Shown here: one piece after another, positions 7,409 to 14,142 of the stretch
How positions within the stretch are numbered: position 1 is the stretch's first letter
How the letters are laid out: each line of letters opens with the position of its first letter
DNA from: Candidatus Eiseniibacteriota bacterium
GTDB taxonomy: Bacteria > Eisenbacteria > RBG-16-71-46 > JABDJR01 > JAWXBZ01
NCBI GenBank assembly: GCA_034440375.1
Contig: JAWXBZ010000032.1
Span: 1-14,142, forward strand
Direction: 5' to 3'
DNA length: 14,142 bases
The notes under the pieces: model-generated
Databases searched by the model: none
What the model was told of the DNA's origin: nothing
The model's input: the letters and a program-made list of their open reading frames with translations, nothing else
Made by a program: the position numbers and the translations under genes

Positions 7409-7528
7409 GGCTGTCCAATCGGCCACCGATGACTCCTGGCCCCTGGCGGCGACCATCTCTGCGAGCCGCGACCGCGTGAATGTTCTGAGACGTCGGGCCC
7501 GTCACCGAGCTCGGTAATCGTCATCAGA

Positions 7529-8923
7529 TCAGTACTTGATCCGCGCCGTATAAAGAACCGTGACCGTGCCGTCGGCCGGGACGCTGACCGGAAACTCGAT
7601 GGTCTGGGCGTCGGTCTTCTTGAAGTCATGCGACTTCTCCGTGACGGTCCAGGTGCCGGGGAGGTGTTCGATGATGGAGACGTCGACGGCCTCGGTCTTG
7701 TGATTTCGGATTTCGATCTTGACGGACTGTTTGAAATTGCGGTCGTCGATGCGCTGGTAATCGGTCTGCGTGCGTTCGCCGACGACATCGAAGGCGTTGC
7801 CGAGGGTCAGGCGCACCTTTTCATCTTTGGCCGTATGGTCCATCCGATCTTCGCCGATGAACTCCTCGGCGCCGTCCCTGGCCTGCTTGTAGACGCGGAC
7901 GGTGCCCTTGGGGAGGGCCATGCCGAGGCCGTTGGTTTCCGAGTTGGCGAACTCGACGCTGACGGACACCTTTTTCGCATCGCGCTGACCATCGTAGGTC
8001 ATCTTCTTGATGACGCCGGTCCGGGCCTGCGGAAAGAGGGCCAGTTGCTTCGTCTCGCGGTCGCGCACGGTGGCGGGGCGGGCGAGCGTATAGAGGTGAT
8101 ATTCGAAAAACGCCTCCTCCGCGAACTGCTTCTCGGCCGATCCATCGGCGGACATGAGCATTTCGCGCCGGGGCATGGGAGGCATTTCCGGCTGAACGCG
8201 GTTGATATCCCCGGCCACGAGGCGGAGCCGGGCGTTTTCGTAGGTGGCGCCGGACTGGTTGTCGATGGAGACCCAGCCGGTCAGATCGAGGTTTTTGTCC
8301 TCGGCATCGACCACGGCCACGTACTCGGCGTGCCAGTTGATGCCGGTGGTGAGATAGCTGACCTCGATCAGCTCGCTGCCGGAGCGCTGGCTGTCCAGAT
8401 CCCACACCAGCGTCGGCCGGACAACCAGGCCACCGGGGAGTTCGCCCAGCGAGACATTCTTCACTTCGCTGCGGGTGACGATTCGAACGCCATCACCGTC
8501 CTTCAGAACGAGACTGCCTCCGTCGAATGACAGGAGCGTTCCGGACACGCTGGCGCCATCCTTCATGACGGCGGTGACCGACCGGTTCAGATAACGCTGC
8601 ATGAGCCGGTCGGCGTCGGCCAGGTCGTACTGGTAGTTCTGTTCCAGAACCGTCACTTCGCCGGGGTGCTGAAGGGCTTTGACATGCACCGACGTGGGGT
8701 CGATCTGCGCGGAGACATCATCGAAACGGATGGTCGTCGACCCCGATTTGAGATCGACCGAGCGGGTGTCTTTCACGAGTCCCAGGTTCTGGTTATAAAC
8801 CGTGAGCGCCACGCCGGGCCCATCCGCCGCCTGCGTGACGATACCGAAGGCGCTGACACCGACCGTGAGCGTGATGGCCGCGATTTTCGAGCTGATTTGC
8901 CGTCTGTCGTGCTTCCTGTTCAT
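7529..8923 (-). CDS. Exported DUF4139-domain protein
   Basis: Signal peptide, then family-typical ALTVYNQNLGLVKDTR, VLEQNYQYDL, SYLTTGINWHAEY, LVAGD, EYHLYTL, LPKGTVRVY and FIGED. SD AGGAGG. ATGA overlap with the valS stop. Confidence 0.85.
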   Translation of the reverse strand: MNRKHDRRQISSKIAAITLTVGVSAFGIVTQAADGPGVALTVYNQNLGLVKDTRSVDLKSGSTTIRFDDVSAQIDPTSVHVKALQHPGEVTVLEQNYQYDLADADRLMQRYLNRSVTAVMKDGASVSGTLLSFDGGSLVLKDGDGVRIVTRSEVKNVSLGELPGGLVVRPTLVWDLDSQRSGSELIEVSYLTTGINWHAEYVAVVDAEDKNLDLTGWVSIDNQSGATYENARLRLVAGDINRVQPEMPPMPRREMLMSADGSAEKQFAEEAFFEYHLYTLARPATVRDRETKQLALFPQARTGVIKKMTYDGQRDAKKVSVSVEFANSETNGLGMALPKGTVRVYKQARDGAEEFIGEDRMDHTAKDEKVRLTLGNAFDVVGERTQTDYQRIDDRNFKQSVKIEIRNHKTEAVDVSIIEHLPGTWTVTEKSHDFKKTDAQTIEFPVSVPADGTVTVLYTARIKY

Positions 8924-11589
8924 TTTGCTCCTCCTGAAATGATTGCCAGGTTATCGGCGAGCCGGGCCCGGGTGTCGCGGAGGAGCTTGAGTCGCTCCCC
9001 CTCGGCCTCCACCACCTCGGCCGGCGCCTTGGCCCGGAAATCCTCATTGGCCAGTTTCTTTTCGACGGACTGGGCGAGCTTCTCGATCTTGTCTATTTCC
9101 CGGTTCAGGCGGGCGGACTCGGCCGTCAGGTCGATGGCCCCCGTCAACGAGAGGAAGACCTCGGTTTCGCCGACGACGGCCGCCGCCGCCACCTCCGGAC
9201 GCGCCACCTCCGGCCCGATGACCAGATCCCCCACTTTGGCGAGAGAGCGGACGTACCCGGACAGCCGGGACAAAATTCCCGACTCATTTGGGCGGGCCTT
9301 GAGCACGACGTCCACATTCTTGCCGGGCGACACGTTCATTTCGATGCGGAGATTGCGTATCGACGTGATGATCTCCTTGAGATGTGCCACGCCGGCGGAC
9401 GCCGCATCGTCGCGGCGCTCCGGAATTGAAACGGGCCAGGGCCGGCGGATCAGAAGGGACGCGCCGTCGCTCGAGCCGCCCGGCAGCACCGACCAGAGTT
9501 CCTCGGTGATGAATGGCTGGAACGGATGCAGGAGATGGAGCAGCGTGGCCAGCACCTCATGCGTGACCGCCTGCGCGGCGGTCCGCTCCGGGCCCGGCTC
9601 GGCGTAGAAGAGTTGCTTGGCGAATTCGAGGTACCAGTCACAGAAGTCGCCCCAGGCGAATTCGTACAGATCGCGGGCCGCCTCGTTGTAACGGAACGTG
9701 TCCAGACTGCCGGTGACGGATTCGACCGTTTCGTCGAGCCGGGAGAGTATCCAGCGGTCGACATCCTGGAGCGGCAGTGTCTTCCAATCGGTGGCCGCCG
9801 GATCGAATCCCTCCATGTGGGAGAGCGCGAGACGCGACGCGTTCCAGATCTTGTTCGCGAAGTTGCGGCCGACCTCGCATTTCTTTTCCGAGAAGAGCAC
9901 ATCCTGGCCGCTGGGGGTCAGCAGGATCATCGTGTAGCGGAGAGCGTCCGCCCCGTAGCGGTCGATGAGATCGAGCGGGTCGGGCGAGTTGCCGAGGCTC
10001 TTGGACATCTTTCGCCCCTGCTCGTCGCGCACGATGCCATGCAGGTAGACGACCGGGAACGGCTCTCGATCCATGAATTCGATGCCGGCCATGACCATGC
10101 GGGCCACCCAGAAGAAAATGATGTCCGGCCCGGTGGTCAGATATTGCGTCGGATAAAAATAGTCGAGGTCTTTCGTCCTTTCGGGCCAGCCCAGGGTGGA
10201 AAAGGGCCAGAGCCAGGACGAAAACCAGGTATCCAGAACATCCGGATCCTGCGTGAAGGCCGCTCCCCCGCAGATAGTGCAGGCGGTTGGTGCCCCCCGG
10301 CCCGCATGTGGCGTGGCGTCCTGATCGCAATACCAGACCGGAATCCGATGCCCCCACCAGAGCTGGCGGCTGATGCACCAGTCGCGGATGTTGGTCATCC
10401 AGTTGAGATAGACCTTGTTCCAGTGCTCGGGAGCGAATTGGAGGCGCCCCGACTTGAGGGCACGAATCGCCGGTTCCGCGAGCGGGCCCATCTTCACGAA
10501 CCATTGCCGCGAGAGGAGCGGCTCGATGACCGTATTGCAGCGGTGACAATGGCCGAGGCTCATCGCGTGGTTCTCGACCCGGGCGAGCAGGCCCATCTCC
10601 TTGAGTCGATGCACGACGCCCTTCCGGGCCACGAAGCGATCCTGGCCGGCGAAGGGGCCGGCGGCGGCATTCATCGTGCCTGTTTCGTCGATGACCACGA
10701 TCGGTTCCAGATGGTGCCGCTTGCCCAGCTCGAAGTCGTTGATGTCGTGGGCCGGTGTGACCTTGAGGGCTCCGGCACCAAATTCCATCTCGACGTAGTC
10801 GTCCGCGATGATCGGGATGGGCCGGTCGATGAATGGCACATGCACCGATTTGCCGATCAGCGCCTGGTAGCGCTCGTCGGCCGGATTCACGGCGACGGCG
10901 ACATCGCCAAGTATGGTTTCCGGCCGGGTGGTGGCCACCGTGATCCCCTCCGTGCCACCGATCTCGAAGGGATAGGTGACGAAGTGGAGCCGGCCCTCGA
11001 CATCGACGTGCTCGACCTCTTCGTCGGAAATGGCCGTCTGGCAGCGCGGACACCAGTTGACGATATAGTGGCCACGATAAATGAGCCCCTTGGCGTACAG
11101 GTGGAGAAAGGCTTCCTCGACGGCGCTGGAAAGCCCCTCGTCCATCGTGAAGCGCTCGCGCTCCCAATCACAAGAGGCACCCAGTCGTTGGAGCTGGCGG
11201 ATGATGACGCCGCCGTACTCCTCGCGCCACTTCCAGACGCGGGCCACGAACTCTTCGCGGCCAAGCTCCTTGCGGCTGGTTCCCTCGTCCCGCAGCTTCT
11301 TCTCGACGACGTTTTGCGTGGCGATTCCGGCGTGATCCGTGCCGGGCTGCCACAGTGCCTCCCACCCCTGCATCCGTCGGAAGCGGATGACGACGTCCTG
11401 GATGGTGTTGTCGAGGACATGGCCCATATGAAGGATCCCGGTGACATTGGGGGGCGGGATCATGATGGTGAACGGTTTCCTGGCGGGAGTCGGGCGCGCG
11501 TGAAACTGGCCCGAGTCCTTCCAGGCTTTGTAGATCCGCCCTTCCACCAGGGCGGGATCAAAAGTGCGTTCAAGTTCGCGAATCGGCAT
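8920..11589 (-). CDS. valS: Valine--tRNA ligase
   Basis: Motifs PPPNVTGILHMGH (HIGH), GTDHAGIATQ, ATTRPET, DWCISRQLWWGHRIP, DVLDTWFSS, KMSKS and a C-terminal coiled-coil (KKLANEDFRAKAP). Start reassigned to ATG at 11589 (MPIRELERTFDP; SD GAGG). Confidence 0.98.
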   Translation of the reverse strand: MPIRELERTFDPALVEGRIYKAWKDSGQFHARPTPARKPFTIMIPPPNVTGILHMGHVLDNTIQDVVIRFRRMQGWEALWQPGTDHAGIATQNVVEKKLRDEGTSRKELGREEFVARVWKWREEYGGVIIRQLQRLGASCDWERERFTMDEGLSSAVEEAFLHLYAKGLIYRGHYIVNWCPRCQTAISDEEVEHVDVEGRLHFVTYPFEIGGTEGITVATTRPETILGDVAVAVNPADERYQALIGKSVHVPFIDRPIPIIADDYVEMEFGAGALKVTPAHDINDFELGKRHHLEPIVVIDETGTMNAAAGPFAGQDRFVARKGVVHRLKEMGLLARVENHAMSLGHCHRCNTVIEPLLSRQWFVKMGPLAEPAIRALKSGRLQFAPEHWNKVYLNWMTNIRDWCISRQLWWGHRIPVWYCDQDATPHAGRGAPTACTICGGAAFTQDPDVLDTWFSSWLWPFSTLGWPERTKDLDYFYPTQYLTTGPDIIFFWVARMVMAGIEFMDREPFPVVYLHGIVRDEQGRKMSKSLGNSPDPLDLIDRYGADALRYTMILLTPSGQDVLFSEKKCEVGRNFANKIWNASRLALSHMEGFDPAATDWKTLPLQDVDRWILSRLDETVESVTGSLDTFRYNEAARDLYEFAWGDFCDWYLEFAKQLFYAEPGPERTAAQAVTHEVLATLLHLLHPFQPFITEELWSVLPGGSSDGASLLIRRPWPVSIPERRDDAASAGVAHLKEIITSIRNLRIEMNVSPGKNVDVVLKARPNESGILSRLSGYVRSLAKVGDLVIGPEVARPEVAAAAVVGETEVFLSLTGAIDLTAESARLNREIDKIEKLAQSVEKKLANEDFRAKAPAEVVEAEGERLKLLRDTRARLADNLAIISGGAK

Positions 11590-11803
11590 AATCGGATACC
11601 TCAGGCGCGGCGACCCTGACGATGCCGCCCGGCAACGGTTTCGGAACTGACTGATGAAAAACGGGTTCGGGGCGGGCGGACCTGACGTCCGCCGGCTACA
11701 ATGGACCCGGACGGTCCCCCTGAATGTCCTGTGGCGTGCCGGATGTCCAGCGGTGGCCATGACAGGCGTCATCCAATCCCCCGAGCGAGATTGAGAATGA
11801 AGC

Positions 11804-11833
11804 AGGATAGCAGCGCCATTTCCCGGCGGTCAA
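11804..11833 (-). promoter_or_regulatory. Putative sigma70 promoter for valS, with extended -10
   Basis: TTGACC (11833-11828), 18-bp spacer ending TGC, TATCCT (11809-11804). Confidence 0.5.
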
Positions 11834-12630
11834 TGAAGCGTCATTCGTTCCACCTGGCCGCCGTTCCCGGCCTGGCCCTCCTCAGTCTGTCCGGCCTTGC
11901 GCCGGGTGTGCTCGCCGCCATGGACCCCGCACGTCAGCCGACCGGCCCGGCCACGGGATGGGCCGCGACACAGGAATTCGCGTTGAATGGCAACTATGTC
12001 GAGGCCTGCACCGACGCGCCTCTTTGCCCGGGTCACTTCGGTTCGAACCGACCTGGACCCGGTTGCCAGAAGGTGATGGTCTTCCAGGTGACGCGGGGGC
12101 GCTGGCACAGCACCGATCTGTCCGGTCTCTCCGTGCTGGTCATTGCCGAGGCGCCGGCTGGCGAAACGGTTTTTCCAGGGAACTGCGAGCGGTGGGTCCG
12201 CCGCGAGGTCTGGCTGCCCGAGGCCGCCGACTCGGCACAGGCAGAGGGGCTGACGCGGGCTATCGGCATTTTGGTGATGGGCGCCGGCGGGCCTCCCTTC
12301 ACGCGCATAGAACGGGTACCGCTTGCCACCGGCATCACGGCCGGTCGAATCTTCGTGGAGGCGGTCGAGCGACTTCGGATGATTCTGACCCCTGGCCGCT
12401 CGATCAACGGCATTCGGCCGCCCGACCTGAACAACCTCGGGCACACCTTCCGCTTTCTCGGGCCACTCTACGTGTATGACGTCGACACGCTTTACTGCCC
12501 TTCGATGGTTCCGGATGGCCCGGTCGCTGACCACAAGAGCGGCGTCACCGCGATGTTCAGCTGGTCAAGCGAGGCGGCTTACGCGGCGGCAACGGTGGCC
12601 GCTCCTCCCGGAAAACCGACCAAACGCTAG
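11833..12630 (+). CDS. Exported DUF1326-like protein (start uncertain: 11833 or 11797)
   Basis: Hydrophobic signal (LAAVPGLALLSLSGLAPGVLAA), then LNGNYVEACTDAPLCPGHFG...GCQ...FQVTRGRWHSTDLSGLSV and AQAEGL. This matches my recollection of the DUF1326 pattern G.y.EaC.C...CPC...G.C...G......LsGL. Confidence 0.7.
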   Translation: MKRHSFHLAAVPGLALLSLSGLAPGVLAAMDPARQPTGPATGWAATQEFALNGNYVEACTDAPLCPGHFGSNRPGPGCQKVMVFQVTRGRWHSTDLSGLSVLVIAEAPAGETVFPGNCERWVRREVWLPEAADSAQAEGLTRAIGILVMGAGGPPFTRIERVPLATGITAGRIFVEAVERLRMILTPGRSINGIRPPDLNNLGHTFRFLGPLYVYDVDTLYCPSMVPDGPVADHKSGVTAMFSWSSEAAYAAATVAAPPGKPTKR

Positions 12631-12639
12631 GCCGGATCG

Positions 12640-13845
12640 TCAGACCTCGATGATCTCGTCGCTGGAGTCGGCGGTCAGATTTCGGCACCCATCGGCGGTC
12701 ACGACCCAGCTGTTCTCGATGCCGACGCCTCCCCTTTCGCCGAAGAAGATCTTCGGTTCGATGGCCACGACCATCCCCTCTTTCAGGGCGGTGCTCGAGC
12801 GAGCCGAGAGGATTGGCAATTCGTCCAGCTCGAGACCGACGCCATGGCCGATGAAGGCCACCTGATTTTCGCCCCACCCCATGAAGCCGGACTGCCAGGC
12901 GGTCGCTGACACCTGCTCCATGACGTGGGTGTAGATCGAGCTGCAAACGGCCCCCGGGCGCAGGCGGTCCTGGATTTCAGCCTGCAGTCGAAGCGTGAAC
13001 CGATGGGCTTCCAACAATTCCGGATCGACCAGGCGTCCGAGGACGAAGATGCGTGTCTTGTCGGCGAGGTAGCCACCAAAGCCGGCGACGAGATCGATCA
13101 TGATCGGTTCGCCAAAAACGAGGGGACGCTCGCTTCCCGAGTGCGGGAAGGCGGGGTACAGCCCCACGCTGCCATCCGCGCCGTCAAAGGCCTGCGGATG
13201 GCTGGCCGACGGCCCTGCCGCCACGGTGGCTCCGGCCAGTTCCATGTTCCAGCGACGGATGCGGACCAGGGCCTGGTGACGGTGGCGCCGCATTTCTCCC
13301 TCGATGGCCGCGGCCGCGTCGATCTCCCGTTCGGAAGCGCGAAGAATTTCCGGCACACGGGCGAAGACCCTGGCCAGAATTTCGGCCGCACCCTCCATCT
13401 GCCGGATTTCGTATTCCGATTTGACCATGCGGATTTCACGCAGCGGCATCGAGATATCGACGAACTCGACGCCGGGGAACTGCTCCTCGAGGCGTCGCAC
13501 CTCGCGCCAGGGAAGAACATCGAGTTCGAGGCCGATCCTCCGCCAGGGACCGTGACCCGCCGCGCGAAGGGCGCTGGCCAGACCCCGCGGTGAGTCGAGA
13601 GGCTCCTGCCGTGCGATCGGCGATTCCTCCCGCGCGCGGCTCCGGCTTTTCTGGACCAGGAGCAGCGGCTCGCCGTCCGATTCCGCGGGAAGCGACAGGA
13701 GACCGTTCTGGGCCGTGCCGGTGAGATAGAAAAAGTCGGCACGCTGGATAATCAGGGCGGCTTCGACATCGGCCATCCGAAGCCGGGCGCGGGTGCGTTC
13801 GAGGCGGGCCTCGATCTCGGTACTCGGGACGGTCGACAGAGCCAT
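12640..13845 (-). CDS. Xaa-Pro aminopeptidase/dipeptidase, M24 family, with creatinase-like N-terminal domain
   Basis: Motifs FFYLTG and RMVKSEYEI. Metal ligands present in MIDL..GGYLADKTR, GHGVGLELDE, AIEPK and GIENS. Confidence 0.92.
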   Translation of the reverse strand: MALSTVPSTEIEARLERTRARLRMADVEAALIIQRADFFYLTGTAQNGLLSLPAESDGEPLLLVQKSRSRAREESPIARQEPLDSPRGLASALRAAGHGPWRRIGLELDVLPWREVRRLEEQFPGVEFVDISMPLREIRMVKSEYEIRQMEGAAEILARVFARVPEILRASEREIDAAAAIEGEMRRHRHQALVRIRRWNMELAGATVAAGPSASHPQAFDGADGSVGLYPAFPHSGSERPLVFGEPIMIDLVAGFGGYLADKTRIFVLGRLVDPELLEAHRFTLRLQAEIQDRLRPGAVCSSIYTHVMEQVSATAWQSGFMGWGENQVAFIGHGVGLELDELPILSARSSTALKEGMVVAIEPKIFFGERGGVGIENSWVVTADGCRNLTADSSDEIIEV

Positions 13846-13861
13846 CTAGTTCGGGGCGACC

Positions 13862-14142
13862 TCAGGCCTTCGGCGTGACATAGGGTTCCCAGACGTAGGG
13901 GCGCTCGTAAAATCCGGGCGGACAGGTGAGTTCATCGACCTTCTTGATCACCCGGGCCGGATTGCCGGCCACGACCATCCCCGCCGGCACGTCGGCCACG
14001 ACAACGGATCCGGCCCCGATCAACGCCCCCCGGCCGATCCGGACGCCGGGCAATACGACCACCCCGGCGCCGATCTTGACCAGGTCCTCGACCACGGCCC
14101 CCCCCTTGCACTCCTTGTAATGGGCGCATCCCATGGGATGCG
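13862..14142 (-). CDS. Hexapeptide-repeat (left-handed beta-helix) acyltransferase, C-terminal part; 5' end lies outside the window
   Basis: [51 protein letters not shown] is the classic LbH acetyltransferase C-terminus. The frame is open to the window edge (HPMGC...). Confidence 0.9.
   Translation of the reverse strand, partial: HPMGCAHYKECKGGAVVEDLVKIGAGVVVLPGVRIGRGALIGAGSVVVADVPAGMVVAGNPARVIKKVDELTCPPGFYERPYVWEPYVTPKA

Noticed and set aside
7504-7515. 12-bp palindrome ACCGAGCTCGGT after the DUF4139 stop
   Set aside because: Short, no U-tract and single copy. It cannot be called a terminator or operator.
6700-7528. Integron cassette or IS context for the TA module
   Set aside because: No RYYYAAC...GTTRRRY attC pair, terminal inverted repeats, flanking target duplication or transposase remnant was recognisable.
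9526-11619. 697-aa plus-strand ORF, and similar long ORFs (4142..5026, 4819..5739, 5944..6768, 7628..8530, 8666..9607, 9638..11167)
   Set aside because: Antisense or alternate-frame shadows of valS, nadC, uvrB and the DUF4139 gene, expected from high-GC codon bias. They show no recognisable motifs.
11590-11772. N-terminal extensions given by the ORF track for valS (also uvrB 6688-6756 and dapF 2968-3015)
   Set aside because: Family similarity begins at the downstream starts, which have SD, stop-overlap or -10 support. The extensions look like translated non-coding or overlapping sequence.
14125-14142. Perfect 18-bp palindrome CGCATCCCATGGGATGCG at the window edge
   Set aside because: It lies inside the acyltransferase CDS and encodes a plausible (P)HPMGC sequence, so coincidence is likely. 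A fold-back assembly artefact cannot be excluded without the flanking sequence or reads.
1-14142. CRISPR array, tRNA, rRNA
   Set aside because: No regularly spaced repeats, cloverleaf with T-loop consensus, or rRNA-like sequence was seen.

Overview
High-GC bacterial chromosomal segment with almost all genes on the minus strand. Reading right to left on the minus strand: a partial hexapeptide-repeat acyltransferase, an M24 Xaa-Pro peptidase, valS coupled to an exported DUF4139-type protein, a doubly inactivated MNT-HEPN (MntA/HepT-type) toxin-antitoxin relic, a tightly overlapping uvrB-nadC-birA-dapF operon, a ~490-bp regulatory region, and two tandem paralogous secreted proteins followed by an intrinsic terminator. 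One plus-strand gene, divergent from valS, encodes an exported DUF1326-like protein with an altered Cys motif. The most interesting signal is the secreted pair (86..1588). They share an unnamed beta-rich domain and end in a short V-x-V-x-P-x-T-W-[GS]-x-I-K-x-L-L motif with no transmembrane helix, a candidate uncharacterised C-terminal sorting signal. From recall (not a search), this motif type is common in uncultured lineages such as Ca. Eisenbacteria, Krumholzibacteriota and Poribacteria. All family assignments come from motif recognition by eye; no database searches were run.
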